Below are positions 52,808 to 62,778 of a DNA stretch of 64,000 nucleotides, in pieces. Numbering within the stretch: position 1 is the first letter of the stretch; the number at the start of each line of letters is the position of its first letter. The stretch lies in IMG/VR virus record IMGVR_UViG_3300021490_000001, positions 8,198 through 72,197 of that record. One strand, written 5' to 3'. The notes beneath the pieces are model-generated. The model saw only the letters and a program-made list of their open reading frames with translations, was not told where the DNA came from and made no database searches. This stretch comes from a virus. The translations under genes were made by a program, and so were the position numbers.

Positions 52808-53380
52808 ATGATAAACTGTGCTGTTAGAACTACGAGCAAAAAAGAGAGAGAACGAGTTGAACAGATATGTGCTCAATATGATATCTCCTGGGAGTTAGGT
52901 ATTAAGCCACCGTCTGGAGTTTATAGTACTAAAAAAGCTGTATACTTTTGTATAGGACGGTTTCTTTCATATACGTATAAACTTAATGTAGCTAATAACA
53001 AATACATAAAAGCAAATAGGGAAGTTTATTCTTATGATGACTTTGTTTTCTACTTTGATAAATCGAAAATGAATGCTATGAAAGGATCTATTGTTCAAAT
53101 TAAAACTGCAAATGAATTGTATAAAGTAGAAAGTGTTTGCTCTAAGTATAACATTTACTGGGATCACAATTATTGGCTAAGCAACAAATGGATAGCTGAT
53201 GGGTTACATATCGACTTTAATTGTATAAACAAAGGTAAAGAATTTTATATCTGCATTGATAATGCATTGACATTTACTCTTTCAATTTCCACTGAAAATA
53301 AAGACTTACCTATGTATTCAGTTAAAGAATTTGTAAAGAAATTTGATAAATTCTTGGAGAACAAAAGTGAACTGGACTAG
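52808..53380 (+). CDS. hypothetical protein with two internal repeats; paralogue of 53990-54592
   Basis: Repeated pattern V...E...VE.IC.KY.I.W ... YS..EF. Confidence 0.65.
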   Translation: MINCAVRTTSKKERERVEQICAQYDISWELGIKPPSGVYSTKKAVYFCIGRFLSYTYKLNVANNKYIKANREVYSYDDFVFYFDKSKMNAMKGSIVQIKTANELYKVESVCSKYNIYWDHNYWLSNKWIADGLHIDFNCINKGKEFYICIDNALTFTLSISTENKDLPMYSVKEFVKKFDKFLENKSELD

Positions 53381-53633
53381 TCTTAGTACTATGGACTATC
53401 TCTTTGGTAAGGAATTAAAAGATGAAGAAGCCAAAAAGATATTAGCAGGAAAAGCTTATCTATTCGGCTGGACTATATACAAGTAGATGATAACTAAAAT
53501 GCAACCTATCTATTCATGTTTATTCGAAGATATTCCGATGAAGTTCAAAACTGAAAAGTTTAAATTATCTGATAGTCTTTATGAATCTCATAAACAAAAA
53601 CTAAATTAAGACAATTAAAAATGAGGTGATAAA

Positions 53634-53939
53634 ATGGCAGTAAAAAAAAGTCTGTTTGATGAACTATACGATAAAGCAGACGAAATTGTAAAAAAACTGA
53701 AGAAACCATTAACAAAAAAGGGAATTAAAAGAAAATTTTCTGCAGCATACGATGATGCGGAAAATAACAAAATAGATGCAGAACTTAAACTGCAAGATTT
53801 AAGAAGCAAGTTTAATGACTTCGATGTAAATGCAATATTAGAGCAAAAAATAATCATCGAGGAGAATATTGCACTGCAAGAGAAACTAGAACAGGAATAT
53901 GAAGAACTGTTCGGAAAGAAAATGCCAAAAAGCGAGTAA
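53634..53939 (+). CDS. coiled-coil protein
   Basis: GAGGTGA RBS; followed by a hairpin. Confidence 0.7.
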   Translation: MAVKKSLFDELYDKADEIVKKLKKPLTKKGIKRKFSAAYDDAENNKIDAELKLQDLRSKFNDFDVNAILEQKIIIEENIALQEKLEQEYEELFGKKMPKSE

Positions 53940-53989
53940 ATTGGGGGAACTTCCTCCCTAATTTTACTCCATTAAAGAATGGTGATACT

Positions 53990-54592
53990 ATGGAACATTG
54001 TATTGTAAAAGTTGAGTCAGAAAACGAAGTAACTAAAGTCGTAGATATATGCTATAAAAATGGCGTAGAATGGCGTTCAAGAACAAAAGATTATATGCCA
54101 TTTGATTTTAAGAAAGACAAAGAATGTTATTTGTTCGTTCAAAACACTATTATTTATGATATAAATGCTAAGAGTTATGCAATATGTAAATCCAAAAGAG
54201 ATAAACAAAATATATACTCAGCCAAAGAATTTATTCGTAAGTTTGGTGAATCGAAATATAGAATCAAAACGAAAGAAGAATTCATTGAAGAGTTTGGTGA
54301 GAATTGGAGATATCATGTAAATCTGACATTCACACCGAGCATGGATGAACTTTTTGGTATAAAATTAACAAATGATGAATATATTGAATTAGAACAAAAA
54401 GGAAATTGTTACATCCGACCTTGGTTTATAAGCAAGGATATGATAACTGAAGTGGATAAACCCATAAATCGTTGGGACAAAGCACGACTGTTTGAAACGA
54501 TAACAAAACCATTTAGATTAGAAAAAGAAAAATTCAAATTATCGGATAGTCTTTTTAAAAGAAAAAAGCCAAAACTAAATCAAGACAATTAA
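53990..54592 (+). CDS. hypothetical protein
   Basis: GGTGA RBS; N-terminus similar to the 52808 repeats; KYRIKTKEEF...MDELFG second domain. Confidence 0.7.
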   Translation: MEHCIVKVESENEVTKVVDICYKNGVEWRSRTKDYMPFDFKKDKECYLFVQNTIIYDINAKSYAICKSKRDKQNIYSAKEFIRKFGESKYRIKTKEEFIEEFGENWRYHVNLTFTPSMDELFGIKLTNDEYIELEQKGNCYIRPWFISKDMITEVDKPINRWDKARLFETITKPFRLEKEKFKLSDSLFKRKKPKLNQDN

Positions 54593-54652
54593 ACCTGAAT
54601 GTGAAATGAGTGGAAAGAAATGAATATAAGCAAATGACAAAAGGAATTAACT

Positions 54653-54820
54653 ATGATATGTCCAAATTGCGGAAAGGAGTATGAACCCATTCTTAAGCGC
54701 AAGCATCCAGAGATAAATATCTCAGATGAGTTTCCTGATGCCTTGCCAATCGAAAGGGAACAACTTATATCTGGCATCTGTTCAGATGATTGTTGGGATA
54801 CTTGGATTATTGGAAAGTAA
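54653..54820 (+). CDS. small zinc-binding protein (55 aa)
   Basis: MICPNCGKEY...EREQLISGICSDDCWDTW. Confidence 0.6.
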   Translation: MICPNCGKEYEPILKRKHPEINISDEFPDALPIEREQLISGICSDDCWDTWIIGK

Positions 54821-54975
54821 TTACCTCTGGCGAAAGATCGTACGACTTTGGGTGGTGCGTCCTTGCTGTCGAGATAAATGTGTGATCTGCATTTATTTGA
54901 AGGGACAGTAGGTTAAATGTGTTATAAAAAGACACCACACGATCCGCCAATAGAAAACAGTAGGAAGTAAAAATT

Positions 54976-55563
54976 ATGAAAATATTAATTTATCTAGTTG
55001 AAACTTTACTTTTAATAACTGCATTCTGTTGTGGATATTACTGGTCAATCGAGAATCATGATCCTGAAATTCAGATAGAAACTGTAAATATATCTATAGA
55101 AAACAAGACAGAGCTAAATCAATTGCAAAATCGAATTGCAGATGAAATCAAATTAAAAGAATACTATATATCTGAAGCTAAATACTATGAACTCAAATAT
55201 TTAAGTGAAAATAAATTAGATAAGAACCCATTGTTTGAAGAAGTCTTTGCCTTTATTAAGAAAGATAAAACAGATCGAAATCTGTACTTAGACAAATCGA
55301 GATATGACTGTACACAATTTTCAAATACATTAATAAGAAATGCTTTCAAAGAGAATATATTAATGTGCGCTGTTGAAATAAACTATAACGAATCCAAAGG
55401 ACATATGATAGTAGCTGTGAATACTTCAGATAGGGGTTTGATTTACATTGAACCTCAAACAGATAAAATCGTTGAACTAACTTTTGGAAAAAATAAATGG
55501 ATGAACCATGAACCAGAAGTAATTGGATGGGATAGTTGCTTTGAAAGAAAATTCAAAAGGTAA
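54976..55563 (+). CDS. membrane-anchored transglutaminase/papain-like protein
   Basis: N-terminal TM; YDCTQFS...GHMIVAV...IEPQTD. Confidence 0.7.
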   Translation: MKILIYLVETLLLITAFCCGYYWSIENHDPEIQIETVNISIENKTELNQLQNRIADEIKLKEYYISEAKYYELKYLSENKLDKNPLFEEVFAFIKKDKTDRNLYLDKSRYDCTQFSNTLIRNAFKENILMCAVEINYNESKGHMIVAVNTSDRGLIYIEPQTDKIVELTFGKNKWMNHEPEVIGWDSCFERKFKR

Positions 55564-55568
55564 AGCTT

Positions 55569-55835
55569 ATGGAAATTAATGGATATAGAATTGATTTCGA
55601 TAAATCACTAGAGATGCACAAGAAAGATGCTATTGAACAGATCACTGAAGTAATTAAAGAACATGAAAAGTGGATACAACAAAATAAAAGCAAGACAATA
55701 GAACTAACTGAAGCGCAATTAAAAAAGCTACTTGCTGATATCGAATCTGCTCTCGTCTTTAATGATTATTATATTTATGCTCCAGAAGAAATCAAAGGAA
55801 TAATCGAAAGAGTATTAAGAAAACATTTGAGATAA
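55569..55835 (+). CDS. hypothetical protein
   Basis: 88-aa ORF in an operon. Confidence 0.55.
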   Translation: MEINGYRIDFDKSLEMHKKDAIEQITEVIKEHEKWIQQNKSKTIELTEAQLKKLLADIESALVFNDYYIYAPEEIKGIIERVLRKHLR

Positions 55836-56002
55836 GATGTATCTAATTGTTCAGTCCAGCCATAATGTGTCTTTCGCTCTAAGCGAAACACACTTAAGGC
55901 TGGACTCAGAGATGTTCATTATGTTAGATATTCTATTTTATAATTATTATCGGATTCTGGGTTATCCACGATATCCTAAAATCCGAGAATAAACTTTAGG
56001 AG

Positions 56003-56422
56003 GTGTCTTTAATGGACACAAACTTTGAGAAATTGCTAGCTACTGTTAGCAAGAAAATTGAAAATGGAAACTTCACTAGGAAATCCAGAGAGATTTCAGA
56101 AGTGTTTTCCGCGCTTGTTGAAGAGAATAAAGGAAAAGCCAAAGGAAAGAAAAGAGGAATGAGCGCAAGTGAATGTGGCGTAGTTGGAAACCTCTATAAG
56201 GATATGGCTATCATTGCTGCACTACAAGCGAAAGAAACAAAAGACCTTGAGGTAGCTAAAGCTGCAAGCGGATTGAATCAAAGAGCAACCTATTGGTTCA
56301 ATGAGCGTAGGCTTAAAGTAGAGTTTGCTAAAAAGCTTGATTCCGAAGGAAAGTATACACCTCGTGAGCTAAGCGAAAAGTCCAAAGAAGCTTTATTGAA
56401 TGGCTACCTTAGCCATATCTAA
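56003..56422 (+). CDS. hypothetical protein
   Basis: GGAGGTG RBS (start probably ATG 56012); hairpin plus poly-T after the stop. Confidence 0.7.
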   Translation: MSLMDTNFEKLLATVSKKIENGNFTRKSREISEVFSALVEENKGKAKGKKRGMSASECGVVGNLYKDMAIIAALQAKETKDLEVAKAASGLNQRATYWFNERRLKVEFAKKLDSEGKYTPRELSEKSKEALLNGYLSHI

Positions 56423-56506
56423 TTGAGAGGCTATTCCTCTCTTTTTTTGCTTTTTTTTATTTTTATTTAAAGTTAAAGAGACAGTAATATAGTAATTGGA
56501 TGCCTT

Positions 56507-57400
56507 ATGACTTTCCATAAATATCCTAAGATTTATCGAATTGGATCTGACGAAACTAAAGAACTAATAACTAGTCCTACTGACAAACTCTATGTAGAAG
56601 AAAAATTGGACGGTGGAAATGCCAGATTTATGGTAAAGGATAAAAGGATAATCTTTGGAAATCGAACTAAAATCATTGATGATACCACTAGAGGTAGTAA
56701 TAAGATATGGTATAATCGATGGACTACATATATAACAAATCTGCTTAAAGATAACGATGTGCCTGAAGATTTAATCTTCTATGGAGAAGCAATGTTTGAA
56801 CATAGCATTAACTACGATTTTAAGAAACATCCACCATTTATTGGATTTGATATTTTCGACTTAAAGACTAATAAATTTGTAGATTATGGATTTAAAGTTA
56901 GCATGTTTAACTCACTTGGTATTGAACCTGTTCGTTTAATCGAGATAACTACTCCTAGAAAATTTACAGAAGAAGATATTGGCGCTTCTTCTTATTATTC
57001 AGGAAAGTGTGAAGGATATGTTATTAAAAACTACAAAACTCAGGTATTTGGAAAAATAGTACGAAAAGAATTCCAAGAAATAAATAAGAAAATATTTGGT
57101 ATGAGTAAGAAAGAAGCTAGAAAATTAGGAAATGACTCTGAAATATTTGTAGTTACATATTGTCCAAATGCTAGAATAAATAAACACATATTCAAGCTTC
57201 TTGATAAAGGTAAAAAACTCGATATGAGCTTAATGAAATATCTACCTAAAAGCGTTTGGGAAGATATAATCAATGAAGAAGCTAAAACGATATTACGCTC
57301 AAATCTAACTCTTAATTTAAAAGATATTAGGATCAAAGTAACTAAACGATGTAAAATATTACTTGAACAAATGATCAAGAATAATTACTTAAATTCATAG
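56507..57400 (+). CDS. ATP-dependent RNA ligase, Rnl2-like
   Basis: FHKYPKI, EEKLDGGN (motif I), YGE, GFDI, EGYVIK, KIV...F.E; helical C-terminal domain and no OB fold. Confidence 0.85.
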   Translation: MTFHKYPKIYRIGSDETKELITSPTDKLYVEEKLDGGNARFMVKDKRIIFGNRTKIIDDTTRGSNKIWYNRWTTYITNLLKDNDVPEDLIFYGEAMFEHSINYDFKKHPPFIGFDIFDLKTNKFVDYGFKVSMFNSLGIEPVRLIEITTPRKFTEEDIGASSYYSGKCEGYVIKNYKTQVFGKIVRKEFQEINKKIFGMSKKEARKLGNDSEIFVVTYCPNARINKHIFKLLDKGKKLDMSLMKYLPKSVWEDIINEEAKTILRSNLTLNLKDIRIKVTKRCKILLEQMIKNNYLNS

Positions 57401-57402
57401 TT

Positions 57403-57450
57403 AAGGCATAGGACGTTCCTATTTATCATTTGGATACTACGTCCCGCCTT
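57403..57450 (+). ncRNA. bulged-hairpin RNA motif, copy 1
   Basis: AAGGC-ATA-GGACGT-TCCTAT...ACGTCC-C-GCCTT. Confidence 0.7.
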
Positions 57451-57455
57451 TTCAC

Positions 57456-57513
57456 TAAAGGCATAAGAGGTTCCTATGTAGATCTCTAATCTGATCTGTA
57501 CCTCTAGCCTTTA
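57456..57513 (+). ncRNA. bulged-hairpin RNA motif, copy 2
   Basis: TAAAGGC-ATA-AGAGGT-TCCTAT...ACCTCT-A-GCCTTTA; compensatory changes relative to copy 1. Confidence 0.7.
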
Positions 57514-57533
57514 TACTTATCGGAGGAACCGAA

Positions 57534-59408
57534 ATGAATGAACAACTCATTAGACTGTTTAAAGCAGTAGAAGTAAAAACAAAAAGCAAAGAGAATTTAA
57601 ACGAGATTCTAAAATTAACTATACCAAAAGGGTTTATCTTCTCGCCTGTGGTAATAGCTAATTATAATAAGGAAGAATTAATTAAACTTATTGCTATTAT
57701 CAAAAAAGAAATTGGTCTGACATCTGCCCAGATGAATTCTTCATTTCATAAATCATGGCAAAAGGTAAAAGAAGCAAGTATAGAGCAACTTGTACTTGAA
57801 CAAATGATACATTACCTTACAACTTATGGTTTTGAACAACTTGGCATTTATGACAAGGACTCTGTGTATATTCCTAATGAAAAATTAGAACTTCCTGAAT
57901 TAACAGAAGATTTCAAGTTACTTGTAATAAATGGTTACAACAAAACTGAAATCAAAACTAAATTGATGACACTCCTGAATGGAATAGCTCTAAGTGAATC
58001 TACAGTTCAAGATGTATCAAAGGTAGCTATTGAAGTTGGATTAACTGCTAATGAAATCGAACTGATTAAAAACAAAGAAGTTAGTACAATACTCTTTAAT
58101 CACATGAATCTAATTCCACATAGTCCTGTAGAATTTCTTAGATTACTTGTTTATAAATCCACTGGAAAAATGCTTCTAATCAAAAGTCCAGAAGTCATAA
58201 GTGATCTTAGAACTACTATATGCATGCCTATACCTTACTTGATTTCAAAGTACAAAGAACAATATGGACTAGAACCATTAGCTAGTATTTTCTATAGATA
58301 TAAACCACTATTTTTAGCGCTTAGAACAAATGGCACTGCAGTTAGAAAATATATTAATAAAATAAGAAAGCTAGCTAAAAAGCATCACAAACCAATGAAA
58401 CCAGACTATTTGAATGATCTTACGCGTTCTTTAAAGTTCGGAGTGTCTACAGAACTTAATGAAGAACTAAAGAAAGTAAATATCTATAGGAAAATAAGAT
58501 TAGCTTATGCTCTGAAATTCAGAACTATAGACACTGATTCAATTATATATAGAATAAGAAATGGAAAAAGCTATGCTACTAGTTTTGATTATAAGTACAA
58601 AGAAAATGCCAGGATCGCATTAGATCAAGTTCTGAAATCTATATCAGATGACATCGCAAAAAATGTAAAAGGTAAAAAGATATATATTCCAAAAGAAATA
58701 ACCTATATGCTTCCAACTTCTGATAAACAATTTACTGGCAATTTTCCCTCTGGTTCTTATGTATCTATTCCTAAAAATATGATAGCTGGAATCTATTGGG
58801 AAGACATTGGTTCTAAACGAATTGATTTAGATTTATCTATAATCGATACTGAACAAAAAATAGGTTGGGATGGAGAGTATCGAAATAAAGAAAGGACTAT
58901 CCTTTTCTCTGGTGATATGACCTCTGCGCCATATGGAGCTTCAGAATTATTCTACATTAAAAAGAATAATCCATCTGCATACATTGTACTAGTAAATTAT
59001 TTCAATTATACCAAGGACATAGAAATTCCCTTTAAGATAATTATAGCTAAAAATAAAATGGAATCTATAACTCGAAACTACATGATAGATCCTAATGATG
59101 TAATTACCATCGCTAAATCGAAAATTACACAAGAGCAAAAGATACTTGGGTTGTTAATCACTACTACAAATGAATGCAGGTTTTACTTTATGGAAACTCA
59201 TATAGGCACTGAAATCTCAGCAGGAAATCTAGAATATATAGAACAAAGTAGAAGATATCTATTTGATTTTTACACTAATGCAATTAGCTTAAATGAAATG
59301 TTAGTTAAAGCTGGAGCTATAATCGAGACTGATAAAGCTAAGTGTGATATCGATTTATCTACAGAGAACTTAGAAAAAGATACACTTATTAATTTAATAT
59401 CATCATAA
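57534..59408 (+). CDS. large helical (ROT/TROVE-like?) protein with C-terminal TerD-like domain
   Basis: IYWED...IDLDLS...GWDGEYR...LFSGDMTSAPYGASELFYI...VNYFN; N-terminal FHKSW...EQMIHYLTTYG; GGAGG RBS. Confidence 0.65.
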   Translation: MNEQLIRLFKAVEVKTKSKENLNEILKLTIPKGFIFSPVVIANYNKEELIKLIAIIKKEIGLTSAQMNSSFHKSWQKVKEASIEQLVLEQMIHYLTTYGFEQLGIYDKDSVYIPNEKLELPELTEDFKLLVINGYNKTEIKTKLMTLLNGIALSESTVQDVSKVAIEVGLTANEIELIKNKEVSTILFNHMNLIPHSPVEFLRLLVYKSTGKMLLIKSPEVISDLRTTICMPIPYLISKYKEQYGLEPLASIFYRYKPLFLALRTNGTAVRKYINKIRKLAKKHHKPMKPDYLNDLTRSLKFGVSTELNEELKKVNIYRKIRLAYALKFRTIDTDSIIYRIRNGKSYATSFDYKYKENARIALDQVLKSISDDIAKNVKGKKIYIPKEITYMLPTSDKQFTGNFPSGSYVSIPKNMIAGIYWEDIGSKRIDLDLSIIDTEQKIGWDGEYRNKERTILFSGDMTSAPYGASELFYIKKNNPSAYIVLVNYFNYTKDIEIPFKIIIAKNKMESITRNYMIDPNDVITIAKSKITQEQKILGLLITTTNECRFYFMETHIGTEISAGNLEYIEQSRRYLFDFYTNAISLNEMLVKAGAIIETDKAKCDIDLSTENLEKDTLINLISS

Positions 59409-59446
59409 TTCTATAAAGAAATTGATTTAACAATCGAGGTGATCTT

Positions 59447-59797
59447 ACGGAAATAGCAGAGGTATTATCGCAACTTGTTGCACAACTTGGAATATCGTCT
59501 ACAGAATTGGTTCGAATTTATACTGAACCAAGAGCACTTATTGGCGTACTGAATTTGCTAGCATTATCGACAAGCATATTGATATCTATTTGTATTGGAT
59601 ATTATACATACAAGAAACTCAAATCGATTTACGAAGATTGGGAGCCTGCATTGGCTGCAAGCATAACAACAACTATTCTCTTAGCGATCGTTCTTGGTAT
59701 TCTTACTTATTCACTAACCAATGCCATTCTTAGTATATATTATCCTAAATATATGGCAATAGAAGCTTTGCTAGACAAATTTTTAGCAATTAAATAG
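59447..59797 (+). CDS. membrane protein, probable ACG start
   Basis: GAGGTGA RBS 4 nt before an in-frame ACG; two TM segments; YYPKY. Confidence 0.6.
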   Translation, partial: TEIAEVLSQLVAQLGISSTELVRIYTEPRALIGVLNLLALSTSILISICIGYYTYKKLKSIYEDWEPALAASITTTILLAIVLGILTYSLTNAILSIYYPKYMAIEALLDKFLAIK

Positions 59798-59859
59798 AAC
59801 TTAAGTTATATATAAAATGATAATGGAAATAGAAAAAATAATTATCAAGGTAAGTTGCT

Positions 59860-60117
59860 GTGTTATTCGAATTAGATAAATCGATTGTAAGATCCTTGGT
59901 TAATGATGACGTTCTAGAAGAAAGGATATTCGAGCTTGCGCTTCAAGGCAAAAGAAAATATCCAATGACAGCACAAGCTAGTTTGCTAGCTGCATCGACA
60001 TTTGTTGTTTGCAAACTAGAGGGAATACGAGTTAATCAGGCAGATATGACTAGATTATTCGGAGTCAATAATGTCTCGATTAGACGAGACATACAAAGAA
60101 TACTTAAAATGATTTAG
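59860..60117 (+). CDS. TFB/TFIIB C-terminal cyclin-repeat-like protein
   Basis: LLAASTFVVCKLEGIRVNQADMTRLFGVNNVSIRRDIQRI resembles AAA.LY.A.......TQ..IA...GVT..TIR. Confidence 0.65.
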   Translation: MLFELDKSIVRSLVNDDVLEERIFELALQGKRKYPMTAQASLLAASTFVVCKLEGIRVNQADMTRLFGVNNVSIRRDIQRILKMI

Positions 60118-60281
60118 TAACTTACATTAGGTAATGAACATGAATCTCAAAGAACGATTTAAAAAAAATAGCAGCATTAAGAAAAGAACAGGAAGAATGT
60201 TCTTTCAATTATGAAATCTATAAAGATATAGAAAAAGAAATTAGAGCATTAGAAAAACTAACTGATTGAAAGGATAAAACC

Positions 60282-60581
60282 ATGCCAAATAAATCTTATC
60301 GAAAAGGATACCGATTAGAGAAACGAGTACAAAAGCATTTAGAATCTAATGGTTGGATAATAATTAGATCTGCTAAATCTAGATTTCCAGATCTTGTTGC
60401 TATTAAACATGGTAAGGTCATGTTCGTAGAATCGAAATATAATAAGTATCTTTCAAAAGATGAAAAAGAAAAAGCTTCTCGATTAATCGAACATGCTCCC
60501 TTGTATGTATATTGGAACAACAATCGAAAGTTAGATTGGTATCAATATAACGAATCAAAAAAGAACAGGACAAACAGTTAG
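60282..60581 (+). CDS. hjc: archaeal Holliday junction resolvase
   Basis: KGYRLEKRV...GWIIIRSAKS..PDLVAIK...FVESK. Confidence 0.8.
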   Translation: MPNKSYRKGYRLEKRVQKHLESNGWIIIRSAKSRFPDLVAIKHGKVMFVESKYNKYLSKDEKEKASRLIEHAPLYVYWNNNRKLDWYQYNESKKNRTNS

Positions 60582-60656
60582 ATGTTAAATTCATAAAGAC
60601 TTTGTGTTATATTCTTGTATGTATTATTCGACATAAAAAAACAAAAGGTGAAATAA

Positions 60657-60953
60657 ATAGGATGCTTCAGTTATATTCAAATAACTTGTCCTAAGTGCAA
60701 AAAACCAATAGAACTCCAGACGAAAGCCTTGGGTGAAAATTGCATGGATACTCTAAGACTTAATAGTAAAATCCATGGTGACATAGATTTTGATGATTGT
60801 CTTTTTCAGTTAAAAGACCATTGTCCTAAGTGCAATGAACCGATTATTCTTGAAATTAGAAATGGGATAATATTCAATGTATTTAATAGCCTAAAGACTC
60901 CGAATTACATTGAAGGAACCTTTGGAGAAGTCTACACTATTATTGACAATTGA
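60657..60953 (+). CDS. zinc-ribbon protein, probable ATA start
   Basis: GGTGA RBS; (M)GCFSYIQITCPKC...QTK...CPKC; in-frame TAA immediately upstream of the ATA. Confidence 0.6.
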   Translation: MGCFSYIQITCPKCKKPIELQTKALGENCMDTLRLNSKIHGDIDFDDCLFQLKDHCPKCNEPIILEIRNGIIFNVFNSLKTPNYIEGTFGEVYTIIDN

Positions 60954-60991
60954 TTAACTGAACCCTTAGAAAAAGACACATAAGAAATAAA

Positions 60992-61351
60992 TTGATAATC
61001 AAAAAAAAAGAAGGTGATACAATGAAAAAAGTAGGTCTAGTACTGAATGCAATCTTGGATCTAAAGCGAGAAGACAAAGAGATAAATCTTGCTTCGATCG
61101 AGAAAAAATCCAAAGTAAGAGACAAAACAATATATGGAACTATTAAAGACCTAAAGCAAACAGGATTCATAATTGAAGATATAACCTCTCCAGGAGTGTT
61201 TCTCTTGAACGGTAATCCAGCTCAAATAGAAACAGGATTTACTAGGTTATTCCCTGAAATTCGCGAAATCGAAATGCTAAGAGCAAAGATAAAAAGCATT
61301 TATACGAAACCAAAAAGAGGAAGACCTAAGAAGAGATTCTTTGGTTTTTAA
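60992..61351 (+). CDS. winged-helix DNA-binding protein with AT-hook-like tail
   Basis: LASIEKKSKVRDKTIYGTIKDLKQTGFI; KRGRPKK; likely start ATG 61022 after GGTGA. Confidence 0.65.
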   Translation: MIIKKKEGDTMKKVGLVLNAILDLKREDKEINLASIEKKSKVRDKTIYGTIKDLKQTGFIIEDITSPGVFLLNGNPAQIETGFTRLFPEIREIEMLRAKIKSIYTKPKRGRPKKRFFGF

Positions 61352-62778
61352 TACTCTGGAGCATCAGAATAAAGAATATGCTTTCGTCTCGATTCAGATG
61401 AAATACTCTCAGTACCTGTAAAAAATCCAGTATAACTAAAGCCCTTTATAGCAAAATGAGATAGGATCGCTAATGCAATAGCTCTATCATCCTTGCCATG
61501 TAGGGCTTTAAGTTTTTGATTTTTATCGAAACCCAAATTATTCAGTTCAAGTAGGATCTTATTGGTTTCGATTTGATCTCCTTTAGTCATATATGGAAAC
61601 TTAATTGTGTCTCTTTCAAAGCGATTAACCAGAGTCTCCTTGAACATATCGAGCTTAAGATCTCTTGTGGTATTGATTAAACGATGTGGTTGCTCAATCT
61701 TGTTTACCTCTTTGAGTATGCTCTGTAATGAGTTCTTCTCAGCGTAAGTCATTTTTATGTTAAATCGATACAATTTGTCTTCCCAGCGTTTGAGAAACTT
61801 AATTGGATCGCCTTTAATATCAGACCTGGCATCGATATGGATTATAAATAATATCCCTTTTTCGATGTAGCCTACAATAAACACGCAATTGTCTGTTGAG
61901 CCAAAGCTTGGATCAATAGCCATGATACATTTCTTTTTAGAAAATGTTGAGTAGTAATGCAATGAATAATCTAAAGATTTACCTTGTATTAGATCTGATG
62001 GAAACATCTGCCCAGTAGAACTATCCATTGGATTGAGTTGAAACTCCTGTTCAAATTCAAGATCACCGATTACTGCTTTTCTTTTGATTAAACGAGAATA
62101 AGGCCATACTTCTGGCCAAGATACTCTTTTATGTTTTAAGTCTGTAATGGCAGGATAACATAAAAATTTCCAGTCAGGATTATCGATTATACGAGGATCA
62201 TGAAGCAAATCAGATTTCATCTGAGGAGTACCAATTAAAATAGTATGACAATTGGGTTCTTCTAATCTCATATTCATAACAGTCTTAAAAAAATAATCCT
62301 TAATAAATTGATGACTAAATCTCATCTTGTCTTCAAATGGATCATCGATTATTATCCAATGAGGATGCTCACCTCTTGCTGGAGAACCTATACCTACTGC
62401 ATTAATTGAATAGGAACCTTGCTTCCTTAACTCAGCTTTAGATTCCCTGTCTCTTTGACCTCCTGGGATCAACGGAGAGAGCAGTTCATTGTTTAAGCAA
62501 GTTTCTACTATCCTATCTAACTTCGCGCAAGCTTGAGGCTTTGTATGACCATATACGAGACCTCTACGATTAGTCCGGAAATACATATCTCTAGTTGCAT
62601 AACCAACTAACATCATTGAAGATTTATAAGATTCTCTAAATCCTTGTATCATTACATTCTGATGAGTATTAAGCGCATCAGACCATGATTTATGCATATT
62701 ATCATTCAAAGGATAACCAAGTCCATGATAACACCAATACCATAAATGCTTAAGAGAATTCTTTTTGAATTCTTTCAT
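61348..62778 (-). CDS. terL: terminase large subunit
   Basis: Walker A variant RESYKS, RGEHP..IIIDDP (Walker B), IGTP, FEQEFQLNP, RNase H-like AIDPS and DDRAIAL. Confidence 0.9.
   Translation of the reverse strand: MKEFKKNSLKHLWYWCYHGLGYPLNDNMHKSWSDALNTHQNVMIQGFRESYKSSMMLVGYATRDMYFRTNRRGLVYGHTKPQACAKLDRIVETCLNNELLSPLIPGGQRDRESKAELRKQGSYSINAVGIGSPARGEHPHWIIIDDPFEDKMRFSHQFIKDYFFKTVMNMRLEEPNCHTILIGTPQMKSDLLHDPRIIDNPDWKFLCYPAITDLKHKRVSWPEVWPYSRLIKRKAVIGDLEFEQEFQLNPMDSSTGQMFPSDLIQGKSLDYSLHYYSTFSKKKCIMAIDPSFGSTDNCVFIVGYIEKGILFIIHIDARSDIKGDPIKFLKRWEDKLYRFNIKMTYAEKNSLQSILKEVNKIEQPHRLINTTRDLKLDMFKETLVNRFERDTIKFPYMTKGDQIETNKILLELNNLGFDKNQKLKALHGKDDRAIALAILSHFAIKGFSYTGFFTGTESISSESRRKHILYSDAPEY

Noticed and set aside
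61348-62778. Intein or intron in the terminase or other core genes
   Set aside because: TerL, portal and capsid lengths are ordinary and no intein splice-junction motifs were seen
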